Part shown: piece after piece, positions 30,628-40,687 of the stretch | Numbering within the stretch: position 1 is the first letter of the stretch | Layout: each line of letters starts with the position of its first letter | Assembly (NCBI GenBank): GCA_963829055.1 | Contig: CAWHHI010000017.1 | Location: forward strand, 196,959 to 260,958 | DNA: 64,000 nucleotides | Origin: an uncultured Gemmatimonadaceae bacterium | Lineage (GTDB): Bacteria; Gemmatimonadota; Gemmatimonadetes; Gemmatimonadales; Gemmatimonadaceae | Direction of reading: 5' to 3' | The notes under the pieces: model-generated | Told to the model about the DNA's origin: nothing | What the model saw: only the letters and a program-made list of their open reading frames with translations | The model's database searches: none | Made by a program: the position numbers and the translations under genes

Positions 30628-32859
30628 TCATGCGCGGGTCATCATCAGATTCGGATGGCCGTAGAATACGTACGCGAGGTATGTGGAATGCCGAGCCGTA
30701 ACCGGATCGGCCGCATAACGCGCGCGGATACCAGTCAACACCTCGGCGACCGGCTTGGCGTCGCCACCCGCCGGGAGCGTCGCGTTGTAGAACTCCTCGG
30801 CGATGCCGTGCGCGATGCCGTCCTCCACCGACCAGAGCGGTGCGAGCACGCCGCTGAAGCCCGCCCGCAGACAATCGCCGGCGAATCCCGCGTAGTCGCC
30901 GAGCTGCGTGATCGCCGCGCCGACCTTGCACGCGTTGAGGAACAGGAACGGCTGCGAGGCCCGACCGAGGTCCGAGTCGAGGAACAGCGTCGACGAGAAC
31001 GTCTTGCCGTCGCTGAGGTAGAGAACAGCAGCGGGCGGGTTCGTTCCCGTGACGTCACCATGACACGCGAAGTGCACGATCTCGGCGCCACACGTCCCGC
31101 CGCCCGCGACGGGAATCTGTCCCGCCATGAGTTGCGTCAGCTCGAGGTTGCTCGCCGTGAGCGCGAGCGTGTCGTCCTTGTACGTCGTCTCGAGGAACGC
31201 CTTCTCGTCCTGCGCGAACTTGAGGTCCTTGAGGCGACCGAACTTACCGTACTCACCGATCACCACGGCAATGTGGTCGACGTGATGCGAGAGCGTCGGA
31301 GCCGGTGCCACGTTAGGTGAGAGGATCCAGCGCGCCATCGCGAACTGCGCCGCGAGGAACGGCGGGCGGGTCTTGTCGGGGACAGGTTCCGGAAATCGGG
31401 CGAGCTCCCACGGCACACTCGACTCGCCGCTCATGAGCAGCAATGTCGGCACGCGGCCGGTCTTGTCGTGCACGACTTTCCACGCATCGCGTAGCGCCTG
31501 CCACACGTTCGCCGGAATCTTGTCGGCGACGTGTACGCCCTGGCCGCGCAGCGTGCCGTCGAGCGACGGCTGCCCTTCGTTCAACGTGACTTCATTGATG
31601 AAGCCACGCGCGAAAGACGCGGCGTCGGCGCCGAGCGTGATGGCAACCGGCTCGGACGGGAACGTGAGGTCGGGCGAGGGATCGAACGTCAGGAGGTAGC
31701 GGCCGGAATCCGTGTCATCGCGCGGCGCGATGCGCATGACGATGTCGGGCCGATTCGCGACGGCCGTGGCGTCCACGACGACGGGTGCGGCGACAGCGAC
31801 CGGATCAGCGGCGACGGGCGTCGCGCGTGAGCCGGTCCTCCGCTGCACGGCGACGCGTCTCGTTGCCACGCCGCACGGGACGCCCTTGTACGAGAAGTGC
31901 ACCATGAGCAGCGACACGGACGGATCGTCTTCCTCAGCCGGAAGACGCAGCGCCGTCAGCTTCACCGTGCAGCGCGCGCTGTACGGATCGGCGATTTCGA
32001 CGTCGAGCGTGCGACGCCAGCCATCCGGTGCAGAGAATCCGCTCGCCGCTACCTGCACGTCGAGCGTGAGCGTCTTCGTTCCCGCCTCGTAGTCGATGGC
32101 CATTGCGCCGCCTTCGACACCCTCCGCCGGCTTCGCGACGAGCCCGATGGTGACGTCCATCGAGTCTTCTTCGCGAACAGCGGCTGGCGCGTCCACGAGC
32201 GCGTGCGCCGTTAGGCGCTCGATGCGAGACGGCGCAGCGGCGGTGGTTGCCTGCGGCGGCTCCGCTCCGCTCGGTTCCGGCAGCGGCGGTGGAGGTGCAG
32301 CCCCGCGTGATGGAGCCGTGCCCGGCGTGTGCGGTCTCGTCGCCCGCGCCGGCGCTGGCGGCGGGGCATACGATGGCGGCGGTTCCGTCACGGCGACCGG
32401 CGCCGGACGTTCGGCGGCAATCGGCGCCGAGGGGATGCCCGCGTCTCTCCCGCCAATCGGCTGCGACGCGCCTCCGGGCGCAGGCCCGCGATGCGCTGAA
32501 CCACCACGCTGGCCGACCGGCGCAGCACGTCCCGGCTCACCGACCACGGCGTACACCTGATAGCCGTCGAGCACGACACCGTTGAACGTGCTCAGGTCCG
32601 CTCGTTTGAGCTTGCCGAGCTGCATCGTCGCTGCCGCCTGTCCGCCGTACAGCGAGTCCGCGATCCGATCGGTTTTCGGCAGCTTTTTCAGCCGCTCCGC
32701 GAGCGCTTCGACCGTGGTCGTGTGGTACGCTCGTGCGACACCGGTGCGCGTGATGATGACCACCGGCGTACCCGGCGGGTGGTCAGCGATCTGTGTTGCG
32801 GCCACGGCGTTTCGCGTCGCTGCATCAAGCACGAGGGGCGTGCGAAGCAGCAACGTCAT
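30628..32859 (-). CDS. CHAT-domain (caspase-like) protease with Pro-rich linker and central beta domain
   Basis: VPWEL, IVHFACHG, FLNAC (His-Cys dyad), PLWSV.D, YVFYGHP. Confidence 0.87.
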   Translation of the reverse strand: MTLLLRTPLVLDAATRNAVAATQIADHPPGTPVVIITRTGVARAYHTTTVEALAERLKKLPKTDRIADSLYGGQAAATMQLGKLKRADLSTFNGVVLDGYQVYAVVGEPGRAAPVGQRGGSAHRGPAPGGASQPIGGRDAGIPSAPIAAERPAPVAVTEPPPSYAPPPAPARATRPHTPGTAPSRGAAPPPPLPEPSGAEPPQATTAAAPSRIERLTAHALVDAPAAVREEDSMDVTIGLVAKPAEGVEGGAMAIDYEAGTKTLTLDVQVAASGFSAPDGWRRTLDVEIADPYSARCTVKLTALRLPAEEDDPSVSLLMVHFSYKGVPCGVATRRVAVQRRTGSRATPVAADPVAVAAPVVVDATAVANRPDIVMRIAPRDDTDSGRYLLTFDPSPDLTFPSEPVAITLGADAASFARGFINEVTLNEGQPSLDGTLRGQGVHVADKIPANVWQALRDAWKVVHDKTGRVPTLLLMSGESSVPWELARFPEPVPDKTRPPFLAAQFAMARWILSPNVAPAPTLSHHVDHIAVVIGEYGKFGRLKDLKFAQDEKAFLETTYKDDTLALTASNLELTQLMAGQIPVAGGGTCGAEIVHFACHGDVTGTNPPAAVLYLSDGKTFSSTLFLDSDLGRASQPFLFLNACKVGAAITQLGDYAGFAGDCLRAGFSGVLAPLWSVEDGIAHGIAEEFYNATLPAGGDAKPVAEVLTGIRARYAADPVTARHSTYLAYVFYGHPNLMMTRA

Positions 32860-33003
32860 CGTCGAACCTTCGATTGTCCCGCCACCTCGATCCTCCTGAA
32901 GCAACGTCGTGCAGATAGTCGTTCCAATTTGGCGCGGGCGGAAGTCGTATGCAGCAGCATGTGAGCACTCGTCAACGACTCGTCAGGCAGGCTCATCCAC
33001 AGC

Positions 33004-33180
33004 TGTCATTCCGAGCGGAGCGCCGAAGGCGCGCGGGTGCCCTCTGGGCGCATGAGGAATCGCGACTGTGCTGGCAGAAGGATCCCTCTATCGGGACGAT
33101 CGGGATTCCTCGACTCCGGCCTGCGGCCTGCGCTCGGAATGACATAGCTCCTCGACTCGCTTCGCTCGCTCGGAATGACA
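33004..33180. repeat. REP-like element with a duplicated right arm
   Basis: tgtcattccgagcg...gaggaatc...gattcctcgact...cgctcggaatgaca, followed by a second ctcgact...gctcggaatgaca. Confidence 0.85.
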
Positions 33181-33259
33181 GCCGCCCCTATGGGACTAAC
33201 CGGCTCGGAACGTAAGTTCTGGGCCCGCGAGCCGAGCCTGCCACCTCGCCAGCTTCGAG

Positions 33260-33811
33260 ATGCCCAACTCGTCTACACTCCCCCACTTCCGCTACCACCC
33301 CGATCCCGTCGAGACCGGAAGCGTCACGGCGTCCGACGCGGAGTGTGCCCGGTGTGGCGAACGGCGCGGGTTCATCTACGCCGGCCCGGTATACGCGGTT
33401 GGCGACTTCGAGGACGCCCTCTGCCCGTGGTGCATCGCCGACGGGTCGGCCCACGAGTCGTTAGGCGCCACGTTCGTGGACAGCGAGGCGTTCGCGCCGG
33501 ACACCCCTGACGCCGTCATCGCCGAGATCTGCGAGCGCACGCCGGGATTTGCGGCGTGGCAGGCGGAGGAGTGGCCATCGTGTTGTGGCGATGCCACCGC
33601 CTTCCTCGGCCCCTACGGTATCGCCGAGCTGCGCGCGAAGCACCGCGAGCTCGAGGGCTTCGTGCTCAGCCAGATGATCTATGGACTTGGCATCTCGGGC
33701 GGCGCGGCGACGCGCATGCTCGATTCGCTCCGACGCGACACGTCGCCGACGGCGTACCTCTTCAAGTGCCTGCACTGCGAGCAGCCGCAGGTCCATGTCG
33801 ACCACACGTAG
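33260..33811 (+). CDS. CbrC / UPF0167 family protein
   Basis: LPHFRYHPDP, CxxC, LCPWCIADG, RTPGF..WQ...W..CC, YLFKCLHC. Confidence 0.9.
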   Translation: MPNSSTLPHFRYHPDPVETGSVTASDAECARCGERRGFIYAGPVYAVGDFEDALCPWCIADGSAHESLGATFVDSEAFAPDTPDAVIAEICERTPGFAAWQAEEWPSCCGDATAFLGPYGIAELRAKHRELEGFVLSQMIYGLGISGGAATRMLDSLRRDTSPTAYLFKCLHCEQPQVHVDHT

Positions 33812-33831
33812 TGCGTCATGGCGAGCGCGAC

Positions 33832-34080
33832 TCGCACTGCGCAACGCAGAGCGCGCAGGGCCGCTGACGCGGCCATGCAGACGCCGCAGAAACAGCCGCT
33901 CGGGACAGCGGGGCGCCGAGCCTTGTGAAAGGGGAACACCTCGGGACGCATGCGTCCCGAGGTCAGGCCCCCCTTTCACGGCCCGGGCAGATGGCGACTG
34001 TCCCCAACGTGTGTCGCAGTTTTCTGCGTTCCTCTGCGTCGCGCGGAGCGCGCCTGCGCGTTCTGCGTTCCGTAGTACGA
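33832..34080. repeat. Nested palindrome of about 250 bp
   Basis: Perfect 26-bp core acctcgggacgca/tgcgtcccgaggt (33938-33963) inside gtgaaagggg/cccctttcac, gggacag/ctgtccc and aacgcaga/tctgcgtt arms. Confidence 0.82.
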
Positions 34081-34106
34081 CGACGAGAGCCAACTCTATC
34101 GTTAGG

Positions 34107-34412
34107 CTAGCCGGGATTCACTCCGTCGGCCGGCATCTGCGCCACCGGACGTCCGCGGCGAACCGCTCGCTCGCGCCCCTTCTTCGCCTCGATCTCACGA
34201 TTCCGCGGCGGTGCATGGATCACGAGGGAGTCGATCAGCCGGTGCGCGATGGCGGTCACATCGTCGACCGCCTGGTTGAACGCCGCCTCGTTCGCCTTGG
34301 ACGGCTTGGTCGTGCCACTCAACTTGCGCACGAACTGCAGCGCCGACGCGCGGATCTCATCCGTTGTCGCAGGTGGTTCGAAGTTCGCCAGGACTTTGAT
34401 GTTTCGACACAT
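34107..34412 (-). CDS. DUF2277 family protein
   Basis: MCRNIK.L.NFEPPAT..EI.AS.LQFVRKLSG...PSKANE. Confidence 0.9.
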   Translation of the reverse strand: MCRNIKVLANFEPPATTDEIRASALQFVRKLSGTTKPSKANEAAFNQAVDDVTAIAHRLIDSLVIHAPPRNREIEAKKGRERAVRRGRPVAQMPADGVNPG

Positions 34413-34476
34413 CGGTCACTCTCCACAAACGTAGTGGGATGCGCTGATCGTTAGGCTCGTGAACACGAGCCGGCCG

Positions 34477-35082
34477 TCACGTGTCGGCGGGAGACGGTGC
34501 TGTCGAGTGCTCCATCAGCACGCGCTCGATCCGACTATCAGGGACGAGCCAGATGATGGCCACCGTCACGTAGAGGCCGAGCGAGATCCAACGGTTGACG
34601 AACGCGAGTGGAACCGCCGCGCCATACAAGGCGAGCGATGTCAATCCCTTCCTGTCGCCGCCCACCGCTCGTGCGAGCGTCGATTGCGGTCCATGGCGCC
34701 TGATCAGCGCCCGCACCAGGATCGTGAACGAGATCGCCAACAGGAACAGCACGCCGCCGTAGGCCGCGACCGGCAGCGGCGCGAAGTGGTTGTCGCCCAT
34801 CCAGGCCGTCGCGAACGGCGTGATCGACAGCCAGAACAGCAGATGGATGTTCGCCCACAGGATGCGGCCATCCACGTGACGGGCCGTATGCAGCAGATGA
34901 TGATGGTTGTTCCAGTAGATCGCGATGAACACGAACGTCAGCACGTAGCTCAGCGCCGTCGGGATGAGCGGCCGCAACGCCGCGAGATCGGCGCCATGCG
35001 GCGGCCGCAGCTCGAGCACGAGAATGGTGATGATGATGGCGATCACGCCGTCCGTGAACGCCTCGAGGCGGCCTTTGGTCAT
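34477..35082 (-). CDS. TMEM175 (DUF1211) family channel
   Basis: RLEAFTDGVIAIIITILVLE, YWNNHH, PFATAW. Confidence 0.92.
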   Translation of the reverse strand: MTKGRLEAFTDGVIAIIITILVLELRPPHGADLAALRPLIPTALSYVLTFVFIAIYWNNHHHLLHTARHVDGRILWANIHLLFWLSITPFATAWMGDNHFAPLPVAAYGGVLFLLAISFTILVRALIRRHGPQSTLARAVGGDRKGLTSLALYGAAVPLAFVNRWISLGLYVTVAIIWLVPDSRIERVLMEHSTAPSPADT

Positions 35083-35305
35083 TCAGAGTCTCCCGATCGC
35101 GGACGGCTGCACGTTCCACGGGCTCTCGTGCCCAGTCTGCCGCGTGATCCAATGAAGATGTGACGCGGCCCGGCGACCCGGCAACTCGCCCGCGTTGCGT
35201 AGGCCGGTCGGGCGATGCGGCGCCGCCCGTTGGTCCTCGCCCGCGCCTCACGTTCGCGCTAGAGTTCGTAGTAGAGTTCGCGAACGCCATCCGACGGACA
35301 TTCGT

Positions 35306-36394
35306 ATGCGCATCCTCCTGATCGGCGGTACGGGCTTCATCGGCTCGTTCCTCGCCCCCGAACTCCAACGCCTCGGCGTCGACGTCGCGGTGCTGACCCG
35401 CGGCAGTGCGGACCGACCGTTCGCTGACGGCCTAACGCGAATGGTCGGTGATCGCAAGCGGCTCCGCGACTCCGCACGAGCCATTCGCGCGTTCAGCCCC
35501 AACGTCGTCGTCGACCTCGTGCTCGCGTCAGGCACGCAAGCGCAGGAGCTCATGTCCGTCGTGCGAGGGATCGCGACGCGAGTCGTCGCCCTCAGCAGCA
35601 TGGACGTGTACCGGGCCTGCGGCGTACTCCATGGCCTCGAGGAGGGCCCGCTCGAACCACTGCCCCTCACGGAAAACTCGGCCCTCCGCACGAAGCTCTC
35701 GACGTATCCGCCCGCCCAGATCGCGTTTCTGCAGAGCGTGTTCGGCTGGCTCGATGATGATTACGACAAGATCCCCGTAGAACGCGCCATCCTCGGCGAC
35801 CCCGATCTACCTGGGACCGTGCTGCGCTTGCCCATGGTGTACGGGCCGGGCGATCCGCTGCACCGCCTCTGGCCGCTCGTGAAGCGGATGGACGATCGCC
35901 GTCCCGCGATCATCATGAGTGCGCCGCTCGCCGCGTGGCGATCACCGCGCGGCTACGTCGAGAACGTCGCTGCCGGCATCGCCCTCGCAGCCATGTCGGA
36001 TGCCGCCGCGGGGCGCATCTACAACATCGGCGAGCAAAGGTCCTACTCGGAGCTCGAATGGGCGCAGCGTGTCGCCACGGCGGCAGGCTGGAACGGCGAG
36101 ATCACGATACTCCCGCCGGAACAGATGCCCGCGCACCTCCGCGTCCCAGGGAACTTCGAACAGCACTGGACGGTCGACACGACGCGCATCCGCGCGGAGC
36201 TCGGCTACACGGAACGCGTGCCCGTTGACGTGGCCATTCGGCACACGATCGCGTGGGAGCGCGCGAATCCTCCGACCGTGCCGCTCGCCGCGATCGACTA
36301 CGACGCCGAAAACGCGGCCCTCGCCGCCGGCGGTGACGTGCCATCGCGAGCGAGGCGTGATGTCATTTCCGAGGAGCGGCAGAGCCTGCCCTGA
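35306..36394 (+). CDS. NAD-dependent epimerase/dehydratase family protein
   Basis: GGTGFIG, LSSMDVY, Y.K..VE, LRLPMVYGPGD; C-terminus extends into a repeat. Confidence 0.88.
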   Translation: MRILLIGGTGFIGSFLAPELQRLGVDVAVLTRGSADRPFADGLTRMVGDRKRLRDSARAIRAFSPNVVVDLVLASGTQAQELMSVVRGIATRVVALSSMDVYRACGVLHGLEEGPLEPLPLTENSALRTKLSTYPPAQIAFLQSVFGWLDDDYDKIPVERAILGDPDLPGTVLRLPMVYGPGDPLHRLWPLVKRMDDRRPAIIMSAPLAAWRSPRGYVENVAAGIALAAMSDAAAGRIYNIGEQRSYSELEWAQRVATAAGWNGEITILPPEQMPAHLRVPGNFEQHWTVDTTRIRAELGYTERVPVDVAIRHTIAWERANPPTVPLAAIDYDAENAALAAGGDVPSRARRDVISEERQSLP

Positions 36395-36470
36395 GGAGCG
36401 CAGCGACGACGTTTGTCATCCCGAGCGGCAGCTAGCATCAGCGAGGGATCTTCTGTGAAGTACTCGTGGC
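36361..36470. repeat. REP-like left arms
   Basis: tgtcatcccgagcg...gcgagggatcttctgtgaagtactcgtggc closely matches 20613-20658. Confidence 0.75.
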
Positions 36471-36553
36471 ATCGCCAGCCACGATGACGTTCGAGAACGT
36501 CCCTCATCTGCCCGCTGCGCGGGCGCCCGCGCTCCGCGCGACAGAGCGCGGAA

Positions 36554-37324
36554 TCAGGCCCCGGCAATCACCGACGCCGGAGGATCCTCCCCGACGCGCG
36601 CGAAGAACTCCGCGATGCGCGCCTTCGACCCAGGGTTCGTGTAGACGTCCTCGTGGCGGGTCTTCATTACCCACGCGAACACGCGACCCACTTCGTCCAC
36701 CTCTTGCGCGTTAGGCAGGCTTCGCGAGTCCGGGCCACCGTGCACCGCGTTCGCGCCGAAGTCCGTCGCGACCACGCCCGGCGACACCAGAGACACCGCG
36801 ATCCCCGGGAACGACTCGCGTAGCTCCTCGCGCAGGTTCGCCGTGATGGCGTTGAGGTAGTGTTTCGCCCCGTTGTACGCCGACCGGAACACCGCGAATG
36901 GAATCCGGCCGAGCATCGAGGAGACGTTGATGATGTGGCCGCTCTTACGCTCCTTGAAGTGCGGCAGAATCTCCTGCACGCCGTACAGCACCGACTTGAT
37001 GTTCACACGCATCATGTCGTCGATGTCCTCGTCCGTGAGTGCGGACGGCGGGCGTGTGATACCTCGTCCGACGTTGTTCATCCAGACGTCCACGTGGCCG
37101 AAACGCAGGATCGCCTCACGCGCCACTCGACGCACGTCGGCCCGGACGGTCGCATCAGCAACGACGGGGAACGCATTCGCGCCGCAACGCGCGGCCACGG
37201 CATGCAATTCGGTCTCGCGCCGAGCGACGAGAACAACCGATGCGCCCTCCGCGGCGATGGTGGTAGCGGTGGCGGCCCCAATGCCGCCACTGGCCCCGGT
37301 GATCACGACGACCTTGCCGTTCAT
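36554..37324 (-). CDS. Short-chain dehydrogenase/reductase
   Basis: TGASGGIG, NNVG, NVSS, YNGAK (YxxxK), SPG. Confidence 0.92.
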   Translation of the reverse strand: MNGKVVVITGASGGIGAATATTIAAEGASVVLVARRETELHAVAARCGANAFPVVADATVRADVRRVAREAILRFGHVDVWMNNVGRGITRPPSALTDEDIDDMMRVNIKSVLYGVQEILPHFKERKSGHIINVSSMLGRIPFAVFRSAYNGAKHYLNAITANLREELRESFPGIAVSLVSPGVVATDFGANAVHGGPDSRSLPNAQEVDEVGRVFAWVMKTRHEDVYTNPGSKARIAEFFARVGEDPPASVIAGA

Positions 37325-37392
37325 TGGCACTCCTGCATTGCGTGGTATTCGACTGACGATGGTAGATTGCCGCTCCAAACCTCTAACGAGAA

Positions 37393-37890
37393 ATGATAGC
37401 TCGCGTCGCTACCCTCGCCGATGTGAACGATCTGGTCCGCCTCATCAACCTCGCGTATGTCGTCGAGGCCGAGATGTTCCGGAGCGATCGCACGAGCGAC
37501 GCCGACTTGCGCGACCGTATCGCGAGGCCTAACGCGGTCATCCTCACGTTCGATGACACCGGCGCGGCTGGAGCACTGGCCGGCTCGGTTTACGTGGAGC
37601 TGCACGGCGACCGCGCATACTTCGGCATGCTCTCGGTCGATCCGAGCCAACAGGGTCGCGGGCTTGGCCGCGCACTCGTCCGTGCCGCCGAGGAGTACGC
37701 GGGTGCGCGGGGGTGCACAGCCATGGATCTGGACGTCGTCGACCTGCGGAGCGAGCTCACGTCCTTCTACGGCTCGCTCGGCTACACCGCTGTTGGCGAG
37801 GCGCCGTACCCACACCCCGAGGACACGAAGGTCCCGGTCCAGCTCATCCGCATGACGAAATCGATTGGGTCGCCGGCGATGGCAAAATGA
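37393..37890 (+). CDS. GNAT N-acetyltransferase
   Basis: LSVDPSQQGRGLG motif A; FYGSLGY. Confidence 0.88.
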   Translation: MIARVATLADVNDLVRLINLAYVVEAEMFRSDRTSDADLRDRIARPNAVILTFDDTGAAGALAGSVYVELHGDRAYFGMLSVDPSQQGRGLGRALVRAAEEYAGARGCTAMDLDVVDLRSELTSFYGSLGYTAVGEAPYPHPEDTKVPVQLIRMTKSIGSPAMAK

Positions 37891-38018
37891 GAAATCACCA
37901 ACATCCTATGTAACCCACCCATACGTGGTGTAACATCGCACAGCGGACTGAAGCATGTAGACGCGACTAACTCGTCTCAGTCGAGCTCAGCAGCGTGCAT
38001 CGCGGTGCAGCTGGCGCC

Positions 38019-40461
38019 CTACTCGGCGGACCGCAGCGCCACCACTGGATCGATCCCCGCCGCACGCCGCGCTGGTATCCAGCACGCCACCGTGGCAACC
38101 AGCATCAGGACGGCAGGGACGCCGAGGAATACCGGCAAACTGATCACGCCACCCCGCATGTGCATCGCGATCAGGAGCGAGATGGCCCAGCCGACGAACG
38201 CGCCGGTGCCGATTACGCGCAGGCTCTCGCGGACGATCTGGCGAATGACGCGCGTCGCCGTCGCGCCCAGCGCCAACCGGACGCCTATCTCCGCGGTGCG
38301 CTGCGATACCGCGTACGCCACCACGCCGTAGATCCCGATCGCCGCCAGCGCGAGCAGCAGCGGGCCGAGTACCACGAACATCCGCGCCGGGATCCGCCGG
38401 AGAAACAGATTCTTGTCGACGTGCTCGACCAGGGTTCGCACGTCGTAGACGGGGATCGCTGGATCTACCTCGCGAACCGCCCGCTGCACGGCCGGGCTGA
38501 GCACCGATTCGAGACCGACCTTGGTGCGCAGATGAATTTCCCCGCGGCCGGACGGTCGATCCCGGTACGAGTAGTACACGATCGGCTTCGGTCGCTCACC
38601 GAATGCATCGTACGTCGAATTGCGCACGACGCCGACGATCGTGTAGACGTTGCTCCTCCCCCGAATCCTTCGGCCGAGCGGCTCCGCGTTCGTCGAGATA
38701 GAGCCGGACGAATTCCTCGTTCACGATGACCTGCGGCGGCACGTCCGTGTCATCGAGATTCGCGAAGTCACCGCCGCTCCGAAACGGAATCCCCATCACG
38801 CCGAAGTAGCCCGGCGTGACGGTGTTCGCGAGCGCGCGATCCGGCGCGTCGTCGGCGCGGGCACGTCCCTCGAGCGTGAAATTCGCGTTAGGCATGCCGT
38901 GAATGTCGAGCGGCACCGATGACGCGATCGCCACGGCCTCCACGGATGGCAGTGCGCGAAGCCGTGTCAGCAGGCGACCGGCGAACAGCTTGGCGGTCGT
39001 GGCGTCATCGGGCTGCCCACTCCGGTCGTACGCCGCCAGCAGCACGCCCTCCCGCCGGAATCCGGGATCCATGTCGCGCGTCTCGCTGAAGCTCCGGTAG
39101 AAGAGCGCCGCCGCCACGAGCACCACGACGGCGAGCGCCACCTGCACGCCCATCAACACGCTGCGCACGCTACCCCTCGGCGCCGAACGCACGCCCGAAC
39201 GCAGCGCGCGAAGCACGTCGATGCGGAGAAGCTGCAGCGTCGGCGCGACGCCGAACACGACTCCGCACGCGATGCCGAGGATGATCGCGAAGGCGAGTCC
39301 CGAGCCGTCGAGGCTCGTCTGAAAGCGGATCGGGAACGCGCCGATCATCGGGACGGCGCGCAGTGCGTTCGTACCCCAGACCGCGACAAGCGAGCCTAGC
39401 GCGGCTCCGACGAGCGCCAGCAGCACGCTTTCCGTCATGAGCAGGCTCGCGACGCGCCAGCGGCTGGCGCCGAGCGCCTGGCGGATGCCGACCTCGCGCT
39501 GTCGCGACGAGGCGCGGGCGAGAATGAGGTTCGCCGTATTGGCGCACACCGCGAGCAGGAGCAGCAGCATGATGCCCTGCAGCACGGCGAGTGCCCCGAC
39601 GAGCATCTGCTGCGGACCACGTGGCGCCTGCCAGAATCGGAAGACGTCGAGGCGCATGGCGGCGTTCGTCTCCGGAAACGTCCGCGCGAGCGACTGCATC
39701 GCCGCGTCGGCATCACGCTGCGCCTGTGCCCGCGTAGCGTTAGGCCTGAGTCGCCCCATCACGGCGTACCCACGGAGGCTCCGATCCTCGAGCTCGCGCG
39801 ACCCGACGAACAGCTCCGGCGCCATCGTCGCCGGGACCCACAGGTCGAAGTCCATTCCGGTGACCGTCCCCTGAAAGCGCGGCGGTGCCACGCCGATGAC
39901 GGTCAGCTCGCGATCGTTGACCCGGATCGTGCGTCCGACGGGATTCGCGACGCCGGCGAACCGCGTATGCCAGAACCCGTCGGAAATCACGGCCACCGCG
40001 GCGCTGCCGGCCTGCGTCGCCTCGTCAGGCGTGAAGAACCGACCTAACGCGGGATCGAGCCCGAGCACCCTGAAGTAGTTACCAGAGACGAGGAGTCCGA
40101 ACGTCCGCTCGGTGCGCCCGGTCTCGCCAATGTTGAGCGGCGTCATCTTGAACGCGAGCAGATCGCGAAACGAGGGCAACTGCTCGCGGAGATCCTTGTA
40201 CTCGAGCCACGATGCCCCGGGATGCGAACCGATCTCGGTCCGCGGCTCGAGCAACTGGAAGCTCGCCGCGTCCTGCACCCCCGGCAGCGGCTTGAGCACG
40301 AGCGCCTGGATCCACGAGAAGATCGCGGTGTTGACGCCAATGCCAATGGCGAGCGACACGATCACGACGGACGCGAGCCCGGGCATGCGGGCGATCATCC
40401 GCCATGCATGCCGCACGTCGCGGCGGGTATGGTCGAGCCAGCGTATCGACATGGTTGTCAT
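38019..40461 (-). CDS. ADOP-type duplicated ABC permease (MacB_PCD/FtsX x2), frameshift near 38650-38690
   Basis: [59 protein letters not shown]. Confidence 0.88.
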
Positions 40462-40621
40462 TCCGAGCCGAGCGCCGAAGGCGCGCGGCCGAGGAGTTGA
40501 ATTGGTACGATTGGGGTCAGACTCGAGTCTGACCCCGAGCCGAGAGTTCGATTGATACGATTGGGGTCAGACTCGAGTCTGACCCCAATCAGGTAAATAC
40601 GTAGCCCGGCTCGGGATGACA
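40456..40621. repeat. REP-like element enclosing two perfect 24-bp palindromes
   Basis: Outer tgtcattccgagccg / cggctcgggatgaca; inner ggggtcagactcgagtctgacccc x2 within a direct repeat of 50-bp period. Confidence 0.88.
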
Positions 40622-40687
40622 CCCAATCTCGCCACGAACGGCCAGTCGATTGTCAGAGGCCGATAAGAAATGGCCCGCCGCCAGTAG

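Noticed and set aside
21108..32859. Gasdermin, TIR, SIR2 or nuclease effector in the CHAT cluster
   Set aside because: No such ORF or motif was recognised. The lipase is the only evident effector candidate.
21108..32859. Recent horizontal acquisition of the CHAT cluster
   Set aside because: It carries the host octamer repeatedly (21894, 23207, 26381, 26928, 29148, 32209), looks similar in GC, and has no mobility genes.
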